NCBI GenBank assembly: GCA_013289475.1
Contig: JABCZW010000006.1
Span: forward strand, 1,050 to 65,049
Length of the DNA stretch: 64,000 nucleotides
Source: Bacteroidota bacterium
GTDB taxonomy: Bacteria > Bacteroidota > Bacteroidia > JABEUT01
Direction of reading: 5' to 3'
A program made the position numbers and the translations under genes. Of this stretch, positions 7,241 to 18,423 are shown in pieces. The notes under the pieces were generated by a model that saw nothing but the letters and a program-made list of their open reading frames with translations, ran no database searches and was not told the DNA's origin. Position 1 is the stretch's first letter; every line of letters starts with the position of its first letter.

Positions 7241-8419
7241 ATGGCTAAGAAAAAGCATAAGGATACCATAGCAGTTCGCACACAACTTAACAAGACTGAG
7301 TTTAATGAGCATTCAGTGCCATTATACCTAACATCAAGTTTTGTATTTGATGATGCTGAAACTATGCGCGCTATGTTTGCCGATGAAAAGCCGGGTAATA
7401 TATATAGCCGGTTTTCTAACCCTAACACCGCTGAATTGGTAGAAAAAATATGCCTGTTGGAAAATGCAGAAGCAGGGGTGGCGATGGCTTCGGGTATGGC
7501 TACGGTGTTTACCACTTTTGCTGCTTTATTAAAAAGTGGCGACCATGTGCTTTGTTGTAATTCGGTTTTTGGCGCTACGCATACTGTGCTTGAAAAGAAT
7601 CTTTCTAAGTTTGGTATAAGCCATACCTATGTCGATATTCATAAACCTAACGAGTGGAGCAAAGCGATAAGGTCAAATACTAAAATTATTTTTGTAGAAA
7701 CCCCCTCGAACCCTGCTATTGATTTAATTGACTTGGAATGGCTGGGTAAGTTCTCAGCAAAGAATAAAACTATTTTAATTGTAGATAATTGTTTTGCGAC
7801 TTCAGTTCTTCAGCAGCCTATTGACTTTGGCGCTGACCTTGTAATACATTCTGCTACTAAATATTTAGACGGACAAGGACGTGTGCTTGGCGGTATTGTT
7901 GTAGGTAAAAAGAACTTGATTGACGAGATAAGGGCATTTGCACGTAGTACTGGCCCATCGCTTTCTCCTTTCAATGCATGGATATTATCTAAAAGCATTG
8001 AAACGCTTTCGGTGCGTATGGACAGGCATAGCAGCAATGCTTTGAAGGTGGCGGAATATTTAGAAAAACATCCCGATGTTGAATCGGTTAAATACCCTTT
8101 TCTTAAATCACACCCTCAATATAAGCTGGCTAAAAAGCAAATGACACAGGGTGGGGGAATGATTGCATTCTTAATTAAAGGCGGGTTGAAACGCGGTAAG
8201 AAATTTCTCGATGCATTGGAAATGGCCTCAATGACAGCTAATTTGGGAGATACGCGTACAATAGTTTCTCATCCTGCATCTACAACACATGCGAAGCTCA
8301 CGGAAAAAGACAGGGTAGATTCAGGAGTATTGCCGGGCCTCATTCGTATATCTGCAGGCCTTGAACATATCGACGATATCATTGCCGACCTTGACCAGGC
8401 GTTTAAGAAATCAAAATAG
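7241..8419 (+). CDS. metZ: O-acetyl/O-succinyl-homoserine sulfhydrylase (Cys/Met-metabolism PLP enzyme, MetZ-like)
   Basis: PLP-lysine motif HSATKYLDGQGR and SRFSNPNT near the N-terminus; 392 aa; operon context with metX. Confidence 0.8.
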   Translation: MAKKKHKDTIAVRTQLNKTEFNEHSVPLYLTSSFVFDDAETMRAMFADEKPGNIYSRFSNPNTAELVEKICLLENAEAGVAMASGMATVFTTFAALLKSGDHVLCCNSVFGATHTVLEKNLSKFGISHTYVDIHKPNEWSKAIRSNTKIIFVETPSNPAIDLIDLEWLGKFSAKNKTILIVDNCFATSVLQQPIDFGADLVIHSATKYLDGQGRVLGGIVVGKKNLIDEIRAFARSTGPSLSPFNAWILSKSIETLSVRMDRHSSNALKVAEYLEKHPDVESVKYPFLKSHPQYKLAKKQMTQGGGMIAFLIKGGLKRGKKFLDALEMASMTANLGDTRTIVSHPASTTHAKLTEKDRVDSGVLPGLIRISAGLEHIDDIIADLDQAFKKSK

Positions 8420-8557
8420 ATATCTTATTATTCTTTAATGCCTGTAGTTAAGCGTTAGGGATAGAAGTGGAAAGCCCGCAGCGAAGCGAGGACTTGTAGC
8501 GTATAGCCCGACCCGAAGGGGAACGCCCAAATTAGATAAGTAATAAAACAAAGTAGA

Positions 8558-10804
8558 CTATATGCGGATACCTATAACGCAAACGTCATCTATCTGCATT
8601 TGATCGCCCTTCCAGTTGTTAAGCGCCTTTTCGAGTAATACCTTTTGCTCTTTCATGGGCTTGTTGGTTATACTCAACACCAGCTCTTTTAATTGAGCGA
8701 GCTTGAATTTTTTTCCATTCGGTCCGCCAAACTGGTCTGCAAAGCCATCACTGAACATATAAATAGCATCTCCCTTTTGCAGATTTACCTCATGCAGTGT
8801 AAATGGTTTAGCTTCACCACCACTTATACCGATTGGCATTTTATCGGGTTTGAATTCCATAAGTACCCCATTACGGGCAATCCATAATGCATTGTTTGCG
8901 CAAGCTGCCATTAACAGATGCTTCTCAAAATCTATGCAGCAGAGCGTCGCGTCCATTCCATCTTTGGTGTCGGTGGTTCCATCAGGATTCAATGCATCTA
9001 CCACGCTGGTGCGTACCTCGTTAAATATCTCGTTGGGGTGTGCAATACCTTTTTCAATTACTGCCTGGTGTAAAAATGTAATGTTAAGCAACGACATAAA
9101 CGCTCCCGGTACACCGTGGCCGGTGCAATCGCAGCAGGCAATATAAAATTTGCCTTTGTGATTTAAAGCCCAATAAAAATCTCCGCTTACAATATCTTTC
9201 GGCTTAAATAAAATAAAGTATTCATTCAGGTGATCTGATAGATACTTGTCGCTGGTAAGTAAAGCAGTTTGTATACGGCTCGCGTACTGTATACTATCCG
9301 TAAGATCCTTATGCCGTTCTTCTAAAAGTTTTTTAGCATCTCCCAATTGCGAGAAGGCAAGGTCGATCTTTTCCTTTTGCTCGCCAATAATATTTTTCTG
9401 CCTGTTTGTAATGCGTAAACGTTGCGCCACAAAAATCAAAAACGCGAAGAGAAGCAATACTACCGCGGTTCCCAAATAGATAACCAGCAGTTGTTGTTTT
9501 TGTTTCACCTCTTCAATTGCAGTTTCTTTCTGATGTTGTAATTCTTCCAGTGCCTGTTGTTTTTCATAGGTATACTTTACCTCTTCACGTCCAATAGCTT
9601 TTTGTTTCTCTTCATTAAATACACTGTCTCTATTAATCATTCCTAGTTTATAGTACTGCAGGGCACTGTCTTTGTCCCCCAGTTTTTCAAAACACTCCGA
9701 GATGCCAATAAGCACAATATAATATGATCTTTTGGCATTAATTTTTTTATAAACCGATGCAGCAGTATGGTAAAATGTTAATGCAGTCCTATAGTCCTTT
9801 CTTTCTAAATAAACAGAGCCTAGTCCTTCAGTTGCCCGTCCAACGTTATCCATATCACCTACAGCTTTACTTAATTCCAGTGCTTCCTTATGAAGAGCAA
9901 AGGCACTATCCTTCAGGGCCTGACGCACATATTTTAAAGTGGGCCGTGGTATTGTTTGTTTGTAATACAGGTCGATGTATTTTCCTAAGACACTATCCGA
10001 TTCCGCAATATCTTGGTATAGGCCAGCGATATTGGTATATGAAACAGCAATACCATCTTTGTCTCCCTGGGTTTTTCTCATTTCAAGGCATTTCAGGTAA
10101 TAATCAAGCGATAACATAAGTTTATGCTGTGCGTGATATATTAATCCGAAGTTATTATAGCACATTACAATGCCATCCTTGTTCTTCTCTGCTCCTTCAA
10201 TTGCAAGGCTTTTTTTGTAATAAGAAAGAGCAGAGTCATTATTCTGCTCATCCATATACAGGTTCCCGATATTGTTATAGGTGCGTGAAAGCCCCGCCTT
10301 ATTGTCAAGAGAATTATATAGGTTCTGACTTCGTAAAAAATAATCAAGTGCAACCGGGTAGTTGCTTTCGCTCCAATAAACAAGACCTATATTATTATTT
10401 GCAGATGCAATACCCAGTTTATCGCCAAGGAGAGTCTTGGCATTAAGGCATTTTGTATAATATACCAATGCTTGAGGATAATTACCTTGGTTATCATAAG
10501 CATTGCCAATATTAAGGTACGCCCTGGCTTCTATCTTTTTTGCGGCTAAAACAACTGCAGGATTGCTCAGTGATTGCAAGCTTTTAGCATGTGTGGCAGC
10601 ACGTACTCCATAATCAAGTGCATTAAGAAAATCACCGGTTGCATTATATATCTTGCAGATACTTAACTCCAGTTCAGGTTTTATTGTGTCCCGCTTTTCA
10701 TTCTTTAGCCGGTTCTTTAACGAATCAATTAACCGGTTTTGCCCTATGCCTTGCAAGGAAAGCAGGCAGGCCAATATGAGCAGTATGGAGGTACGAATTC
10801 TCAT
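8558..10804 (-). CDS. TPR-repeat / transmembrane / PP2C (SpoIIE-type) serine phosphatase
   Basis: Signal peptide, then about 8 TPR-like units (YNNIG..Y....Y..AL.YY), a coiled coil, one TM (LLVIYLGTAVVLLLFAFLIFVA) and a C-terminal SGDFYW...DCTGHGVPGAFMS...DDVCVIGIRI PP2C domain. Confidence 0.85.
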   Translation of the reverse strand: MRIRTSILLILACLLSLQGIGQNRLIDSLKNRLKNEKRDTIKPELELSICKIYNATGDFLNALDYGVRAATHAKSLQSLSNPAVVLAAKKIEARAYLNIGNAYDNQGNYPQALVYYTKCLNAKTLLGDKLGIASANNNIGLVYWSESNYPVALDYFLRSQNLYNSLDNKAGLSRTYNNIGNLYMDEQNNDSALSYYKKSLAIEGAEKNKDGIVMCYNNFGLIYHAQHKLMLSLDYYLKCLEMRKTQGDKDGIAVSYTNIAGLYQDIAESDSVLGKYIDLYYKQTIPRPTLKYVRQALKDSAFALHKEALELSKAVGDMDNVGRATEGLGSVYLERKDYRTALTFYHTAASVYKKINAKRSYYIVLIGISECFEKLGDKDSALQYYKLGMINRDSVFNEEKQKAIGREEVKYTYEKQQALEELQHQKETAIEEVKQKQQLLVIYLGTAVVLLLFAFLIFVAQRLRITNRQKNIIGEQKEKIDLAFSQLGDAKKLLEERHKDLTDSIQYASRIQTALLTSDKYLSDHLNEYFILFKPKDIVSGDFYWALNHKGKFYIACCDCTGHGVPGAFMSLLNITFLHQAVIEKGIAHPNEIFNEVRTSVVDALNPDGTTDTKDGMDATLCCIDFEKHLLMAACANNALWIARNGVLMEFKPDKMPIGISGGEAKPFTLHEVNLQKGDAIYMFSDGFADQFGGPNGKKFKLAQLKELVLSITNKPMKEQKVLLEKALNNWKGDQMQIDDVCVIGIRI

Positions 10805-10857
10805 TCAGGTTTTACAGGGTTATTATACAGAGCAGTACCGAATTTACAAGGAGAGTA

Positions 10858-11016
10858 TTATTTACCCGGTGGAACAGCCTTTTTTAATTTATTCATATCA
10901 GCAGGATCGCAATGTGCACAGCCAGCCCCACCTTTATGGGCAAAAGCTTTATATAGCCTTCGCCCGATAAATAAAACAGCGGCACCCAGTATAATATATA
11001 TGGCTATGGTTTGCAT
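10858..11016 (-). CDS. 52-aa FeoB-associated Cys-rich-type small membrane peptide (not in ORF track)
   Basis: Hand translation gives MQTIAIYIILGAAVLFIGRRLYKAFAHKGGAGCAHCDPADMNKLKKAVPPGK: one N-terminal TM helix, a basic stretch, then GCxxC. It starts 4 nt after the gltA stop on the same strand. Confidence 0.55.
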   Translation of the reverse strand: MQTIAIYIILGAAVLFIGRRLYKAFAHKGGAGCAHCDPADMNKLKKAVPPGK

Positions 11017-11019
11017 TTT

Positions 11020-12336
11020 TTATTTCTGCTTTATAGTTCCGAATTTTTTCTTTAATCCTTCGGTAGTATTCGAACCAGGGCGTTCAATTGGCGAATTAAG
11101 TACCCTGTCCCATATTAATGAAGCAAGTACGCCAAGCGCTCTTGATACGCCAAACAATACAGTGTAAAAATCATATTCTACAATACCATAATGTATTAAC
11201 AGTGCACCAGAATGCGCATCAACGTTTGGCCAGGGGTTTTTAATTTTGCCCGTGCCTTCTAAAATAGGAGGAGCAACAGCATATATCATTTGCACAATTT
11301 CGCAAAGATCATCGTGTTTAATATATTTTTTGTAAAAATCCTGTTGTGCTATAAAACGTGGGTCTGTTTTACGCAATACTGCGTGTCCGTAACCCGGTAC
11401 TACACGGCCTTCAGCTAAAGTCTTTTTAATGTAATCGGCAATTTGTTCTTTGGTTGGTAATCCTCCACCTAATTCTTTACGGAGTTCTAATATCCACGCA
11501 ACAACTTCCTGATTTGCTAAGCCGTGTAAAGGGCCAGCTAATCCATTCATACCGGCTGCAAAAGATAAATATGGATCGCTCAGTGCAGAACCTACAAGGT
11601 GTGTTGTGTGTGCCGATACATTACCGCCTTCATGGTCAGCGTGTATAGTTAAATACAAACGCATCAGGCGCTGTACATCAAATACATCGTAGCCTAACAT
11701 GTGTGCAAGATTAGCTGCCCAGTCAAGCTTAGGATCCGGTTCAATATGTTCGTTGTTCTTATATTTTCTGCGATAGATATAAGCGGCTACACGTGGTAAA
11801 CGTGCAATCAGGTTCATAGAATCTTCGTAAGCATAATCCCAGTATTCTTTTTTGCTCATACCTTTTTTGTAAGCAGCAGCAAAAAGAGATTCTGTTTGCA
11901 TAGCCATTACCCCAATACTGAATTCAGTCATAGGGTGTGTGTTGGCAGGCAATGAATCAAGTGTATCGAAAACGTGGCGCGGAACGATGCTTCTGCGAGC
12001 CCAGTTATTGGTAATATCATTTACATCTTCCTGTGTAGGAAGTTCGCCCATAAGCATCAGGTAAAATATGCCTTCAGGTAATGGCTCGCTTCCGCCCGGA
12101 GCTTTAGGAAGTTTTTCCCTCAGTTCAGGAATAGTGTAACCACGGAAACGAATACCTTCTTCAGGGTCGAGTTTAGAGGTTTCAGTAATGAGGCCGGTCA
12201 TGCCCCTCATACCCTGGTAAACCTGTGCAACAGTGTATTCTCCTATTACCGCGTCTCCGTGTTCGGTAATAAATTGCTTTACGTTAGCAGCTTCGGTTGC
12301 GGCTTTTTGGCTGAACTTTTCTTTGAGCTTGTCCAT
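11020..12336 (-). CDS. gltA: Citrate synthase
   Basis: 438 aa with HADHEGGNVSAHT and GPLHGLANQEV active-site motifs. Confidence 0.95.
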   Translation of the reverse strand: MDKLKEKFSQKAATEAANVKQFITEHGDAVIGEYTVAQVYQGMRGMTGLITETSKLDPEEGIRFRGYTIPELREKLPKAPGGSEPLPEGIFYLMLMGELPTQEDVNDITNNWARRSIVPRHVFDTLDSLPANTHPMTEFSIGVMAMQTESLFAAAYKKGMSKKEYWDYAYEDSMNLIARLPRVAAYIYRRKYKNNEHIEPDPKLDWAANLAHMLGYDVFDVQRLMRLYLTIHADHEGGNVSAHTTHLVGSALSDPYLSFAAGMNGLAGPLHGLANQEVVAWILELRKELGGGLPTKEQIADYIKKTLAEGRVVPGYGHAVLRKTDPRFIAQQDFYKKYIKHDDLCEIVQMIYAVAPPILEGTGKIKNPWPNVDAHSGALLIHYGIVEYDFYTVLFGVSRALGVLASLIWDRVLNSPIERPGSNTTEGLKKKFGTIKQK

Positions 12337-12366
12337 TGGGATTTGTATTATATATGTTTTAAAATA

Positions 12367-13695
<1,329 letters not shown>

Positions 13696-13778
13696 TTATA
13701 AATAAAATAATGACGAATTGAATCAGGCTTATTTCTTTCGTTTTCAACGAGATTAGGGAGTATTTACGAGGCTTTAAC

Positions 13779-13813
13779 CAATTAAAAAGGCATGGATTTT
13801 AGCCCATGCCTTT
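13779..13813 (-). terminator. Rho-independent terminator of the 1218-aa adhesin gene
   Basis: 10-bp stem AAAGGCATGG/CCATGCCTTT (13786-13795 / 13804-13813) with an 8-nt loop, followed on the minus strand by TTTTAATT. Confidence 0.65.
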
Positions 13814-13834
13814 AAAAATTAAAATAATGTGGTT

Positions 13835-16800
13835 TTATCGGATAATCTGTACAAATCCTTGTTTGTCGTATTTGTTAGCGCCGCAGGTCGATTTTATAAT
13901 GTAATAATAGACTCCGTCAGGGGCCTCAGATCCGCTTTCGGTCTTTCCGTCCCAATACTGGTAAGCATTACTAGATTTATACATTTCAGTACCCCACCTG
14001 TCATATATCACAATATCGTAGGTATCAATGGCTGGAATATCAATATAGAATAGATCATTTTTATTGTCACCATTCGGTGTGAATACGTTTGGTATTGTAA
14101 AATCGAAGCATTTCATATCTATAGTAACTGTAGCGGTAACAATACATCCATTTGCATCCGTTCCGGTAACCGTATAAGTAGTATTGGTTGTTGGGTTTGC
14201 TTTCGGGTCGGCGCAGGAAAAGCAACTAAGCCCGCTTCCCGGTGTCCATACAAATCCTACAACACTACCTGTGGTAGTAAGCTGCACTGTTGCCCCTTTT
14301 ACAATTGATGTATCACAACATGCAGTAAGAGTAGGTATGTCAACTCCAACGGCTGTAGAAGCAGAAGCTGTACATCCATTGGGGCCTGTAACAGTGACTG
14401 AGTAAGTGCTGGCTAACGAAGGGTTTACCGTTATGGATCCCGTACTGGCACCAGTGTTCCATACATAGGTTCCACCACCGGTAGCCGTAAGTGTAGTGTT
14501 TTTACCTTCGCAAATAATAAGTGGAGGAGTAATAGTAACTATCGGGCTTGGTAATACTTTTACTATAACCGTAGTCTGACTACTGCAAGATCCATTTGAG
14601 CCGGTAACCGTATAAGTTGTAGTAACACCCGGATTAGCAGTAGGGTTTGGGCATGTGCTGCAACTTAAACCGGAAGAAGGGTTCCAGGTATAGCTTACTC
14701 CACCTGAAGCTTTTAGTGAAGCATTGGCGCCTGCACAAATAGAATCTGAAGAAGGTGTTACAATAATAGTAGGTGTAGGAATAATATTTATTGCAACAGT
14801 TGAAGTACTTGTGCAGCCCAAGGCATTCATTCCTGTAACTGTATAAGTAGTTTTAGTGCCTGGTGATGCAATTGGGTTAGGGCAATTTGTACAGCTAAGA
14901 CCAAGCGCCGGAGACCATGTATAACTTACTCCTCCATTTGCCGTAAGATTTGCTGAACCTCCGGGGCATATAGAATCTTTTGGAGGTATAATTGAAATAG
15001 TTGGCAGGACAGCTATAGTTATTACAGCAGTTGCGATATTAGTGCAACCACTTGCGTCAGTACCTGTAACAGTATATGTGGTGGCAGAAGTCGGCGATGC
15101 AGTTGGGTTTGAACATGTAGTGCAACTCAAACTTGATGAAGCAGACCAAACGTAACTTATGCCTCCGCTGGCGACCAGGCCAATATTACCACCTGGGCAT
15201 ATGCTGTCTTTTGCAGGCGTTATTTTTATTGCTGGCGGGGGTGGGGGTACAAGGGTTACTGTCGCAAAAAGTTTGCAGGTATCCTTATCGGTAACTATAA
15301 GGGTATAAGTTCCGGCAACCAAGCCTGTGTCAGATGAAGTCGTTGTTCCATTGCTCCAGCTATAAGTATAGGGCGTTGTACCACCTGTTACAACCACGCT
15401 GGCAGACCCTGTTTTTGTACATGTTGGATTGACAGGGGTGATAGTTGGGTAATATCCGGGAATACCTAAAAATACTACTGCGGTATCTTTTCTTGTTAAA
15501 CCACAAGAGGAATCTTTAACTGTTACAGTATAGCTTCCATCGCAAAGATTTGTAATTGTTTGCGTGGTGGCTCCCGTGCTCCATTTATAAGAAAGAGCAC
15601 CATTTCCGCAACCATTTGCGGTTGCGCTTCCATCGCATTTTGTACATCTGCTGGGTTCAGTATATGTTACTGTTGCCATTTTACTTATTGCCACAGTATC
15701 TGCTGCAACGAAGCCATTACCACAAACATAAATGCTGCCCTGGCCATTTAGTTTTAAATCGTAAATACTACTGGTAAATGAAATAGGTGATAATATGGGA
15801 GTTAAAGTAGAATCGTAAATATTTACATTGTTGTTATTACCAATATATATATTGCCCTGGCAGTCCAAATCTATACCGCCCCAGTTAAAATATAAACTCG
15901 ATACGGAAATGCTATCTACGTATGCTCCATTCGATGGTCTCCATTTTTTTAGTTCCTTTCCATCATAAGTAAGTAACATGGTTTTATTTACTGCCATACC
16001 ATTAAAGTAATTACCAGAATAATTTACCGGACCCCTAGCCGGATAATATACAATGGAAGCAACCTCGTGAAAGCTATGCCCATCATATACACTATATGCA
16101 GTCGGGCTTAATGATGGAAGTGGTAGCCTCATCATTTGATTATTATACGCACCGAATACGTTAACGCTGGTAGCCATATATGCATTACCAAGCCCATCAA
16201 GTGCCATTAAAGAAATATCATGATAATAATCGCTTGCACCTAAAATATTTACCGGGTTAAGGGTTGTTAATGCTGTATCCAGTGTGGCTGCCTGGTTCGT
16301 TACATTTATATTACCACCAGCAATTACAAGCAGGTTATGACAATAATCTAACTTTAAACCCCAGGCTTCGAGTAAGTTAGTGCTTCCAAAAAAATGAGCG
16401 GTCACTATACCTGAACTATCAAGTTTAAGTGCGTTGGCACCACTGATATTAAAGCCCTCTGTAATATAAGTAGCACCATTTCGGCGGTCCACAGCCAATC
16501 CCCCAATATCATAATAACCGGCATCGCTACCGGTAAAAGGCGTTGTCGTATAGGTCCATTTTAAAACTCCGGTATTATTGTATTTCTGAACCTGGTAATT
16601 GCTCAAATTACCACCACCGTTTACATATACATTTCCTAAGTTATCGAACCCAAGGTCGTATGCTGAATTACTTCCTATGAAAGCAGTTGATGTTGTCCAT
16701 GGGTCAATAGTAAGGAATTGGCTTTTATCATAGCTTCCTACATTAAAAGAAACTATATTATCTGAGACTTTAAAGGCCGCACTCACATTAATACCATTAG

Positions 16801-17491
16801 CATTCACAGAAGTCGGCGCATGATCAGTAAAGGTTCCGAAAGGAGATGTAATAATTATGTTGTTGTCTGAAAGTTTAACCCTGGCTCCATTGTATTTCAT
16901 CTTAAAATTTGAAATATCAGCTCCGGGATGTACAATAACATCATATTCAACTCCGCCTTTATCTCGCGGGTAATAGAACTCAAGATCGATACCATCGTAA
17001 AGATTATGATAAATTAATTTGCTCCATGCATGGGCTACAATACCTGTCTTGCCGGTTTTATCTGAAGGATTAGAGTATGTATAATAATTACTTAACGGGT
17101 TCTGTACTTCCACCTTTGGGTTAGGGTTAGCACCTTCCCAACTCATGGTCATTAACATTCCTTCAACCTTAGTGTTTTTATTGTCATCAGCATCTTTGTC
17201 ATCTTTACCGGGTTTTCCAAAAGATATACTGTCATAACGAAACGTTATAGAGTTTAAATTATAGAATAATTGTACTTTACCCTTATCAGTATAATATAGA
17301 ACGGTCTTATCAATATCGCCATTTAATGAGGCCAGCATTTGCCCTTTGTTTTCAATAAAACCATATTGCTCAAAAGGTTTCTGAACCAACCATTTTGTCT
17401 TTGCCTTATGTTGGGCAAAACCAATGTTCGCAAAAAATAAACCTAATGTTACCAGGGTAGTTGCTGTAAGTTGTCTGTATGAATTTAGCAT
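13835..17491 (-). CDS. Large secreted adhesin-like protein with beta-propeller region, about 8 Ig-like repeats and a T9SS type B (gliding-motility CTD) sorting domain
   Basis: Signal peptide. Repeated ...C.G....L.A.GG..Y.W......C..C.NP.A.P...TTYTVTG modules. C-terminus is FTPNGDNKNDLFYI...YDRWG...WDG. Confidence 0.85.
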   Translation of the reverse strand: MLNSYRQLTATTLVTLGLFFANIGFAQHKAKTKWLVQKPFEQYGFIENKGQMLASLNGDIDKTVLYYTDKGKVQLFYNLNSITFRYDSISFGKPGKDDKDADDNKNTKVEGMLMTMSWEGANPNPKVEVQNPLSNYYTYSNPSDKTGKTGIVAHAWSKLIYHNLYDGIDLEFYYPRDKGGVEYDVIVHPGADISNFKMKYNGARVKLSDNNIIITSPFGTFTDHAPTSVNANGINVSAAFKVSDNIVSFNVGSYDKSQFLTIDPWTTSTAFIGSNSAYDLGFDNLGNVYVNGGGNLSNYQVQKYNNTGVLKWTYTTTPFTGSDAGYYDIGGLAVDRRNGATYITEGFNISGANALKLDSSGIVTAHFFGSTNLLEAWGLKLDYCHNLLVIAGGNINVTNQAATLDTALTTLNPVNILGASDYYHDISLMALDGLGNAYMATSVNVFGAYNNQMMRLPLPSLSPTAYSVYDGHSFHEVASIVYYPARGPVNYSGNYFNGMAVNKTMLLTYDGKELKKWRPSNGAYVDSISVSSLYFNWGGIDLDCQGNIYIGNNNNVNIYDSTLTPILSPISFTSSIYDLKLNGQGSIYVCGNGFVAADTVAISKMATVTYTEPSRCTKCDGSATANGCGNGALSYKWSTGATTQTITNLCDGSYTVTVKDSSCGLTRKDTAVVFLGIPGYYPTITPVNPTCTKTGSASVVVTGGTTPYTYSWSNGTTTSSDTGLVAGTYTLIVTDKDTCKLFATVTLVPPPPPAIKITPAKDSICPGGNIGLVASGGISYVWSASSSLSCTTCSNPTASPTSATTYTVTGTDASGCTNIATAVITIAVLPTISIIPPKDSICPGGSANLTANGGVSYTWSPALGLSCTNCPNPIASPGTKTTYTVTGMNALGCTSTSTVAINIIPTPTIIVTPSSDSICAGANASLKASGGVSYTWNPSSGLSCSTCPNPTANPGVTTTYTVTGSNGSCSSQTTVIVKVLPSPIVTITPPLIICEGKNTTLTATGGGTYVWNTGASTGSITVNPSLASTYSVTVTGPNGCTASASTAVGVDIPTLTACCDTSIVKGATVQLTTTGSVVGFVWTPGSGLSCFSCADPKANPTTNTTYTVTGTDANGCIVTATVTIDMKCFDFTIPNVFTPNGDNKNDLFYIDIPAIDTYDIVIYDRWGTEMYKSSNAYQYWDGKTESGSEAPDGVYYYIIKSTCGANKYDKQGFVQIIR

Positions 17492-18215
17492 AGCCGTTTT
17501 TTAAATAAGATTTGTTTTAAAATCGCAATTAAAATAAGCTGCTAATATATGAACAAAATGCTAAGGTTTTTGGTTTTTCTCAAGAAGAATTCCTCTTAAG
17601 ATAAGGGCTTGCAAGTGATATAAAAAGGAAGTGGAGCCCGGACTCAGTAGCTGTTAATTAAAACTTGCAACTTAATCCCCCTGGTGGGCTCCACAAAACG
17701 TTTACTATTTTCTACTTCTCAAAACCGATTCTCTCGATTTATTTATGTGTAGATTTCTGATGACAAAACTATGCAAAGTGCTTGAGTTACAATAGACCTT
17801 TAACCACTTTTATCTGCCATAATTTATCTATTATCCTATTTCTGATTCGATAACGTATTGGTGTGTTTCTGTTAATAATGCCTTAATTTAATATTCATTG
17901 TTGCTTTGAGTTATTGTATTATCCTCTTTCTGTTATCCTTTGATCCTAGCCATTATAGCTTCATTTGCCAGACAAAGATAAATTGCTTTTCAGGCAATTA
18001 TATACTAAAATGAGGCAGGAAATTAAAGATTAAAATCGGTTATAGATATTGAAACCCTTATGGTAGTGGGTTTATGTTAATTCCGGGGGTTGGAATTTAA
18101 AGTGAAATCGATACTATTAAATAATAGAAAATTAATCCAGGCAAAGAACTAATGCCGGTTAAATAACATAAGGAGGGGTTTGAAGGGAGTGGGAGGTACA
18201 TAGATAAACGTGCAT

Positions 18216-18386
18216 TCACGCCTGCAGTTTTTCTATACACTTCATATATGCTTCTCGCATACCTTCACACATGGCAGCTTTGCCATAGTTATGGCTCTTT
18301 TCAAGATCAGCAATTGCTTTGCTGATGTAATTTACCTGGTCTTGGAGCCAGCCCAGGACGTCGATTGTTTTGTCGTTTGTATTCAT
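18216..18386 (-). CDS. Hypothetical 56-aa helical protein (not in ORF track)
   Basis: Hand translation gives MNTNDKTIDVLGWLQDQVNYISKAIADLEKSHNYGKAAMCEGMREAYMKCIEKLQA. It starts 37 nt downstream of the mltF-like stop on the same strand. The composition looks protein-like, unlike the overlapping plus-strand ORF 18210-18401. Confidence 0.4.
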   Translation of the reverse strand: MNTNDKTIDVLGWLQDQVNYISKAIADLEKSHNYGKAAMCEGMREAYMKCIEKLQA

Positions 18387-18423
18387 GGCTTGAGGAATTG
18401 AGGTTGTGAATTCTATACTGATT

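Noticed and set aside
17631-17696. Hairpin whose 3' end (AATCCCCCTGGTGGGCTCCAC) superficially resembles a tRNA/tmRNA acceptor-T arm
   Set aside because: No D arm, anticodon arm or T stem can be folded, there is no CCA context, and 66 nt is far too short for tmRNA. Treated only as an inverted repeat.
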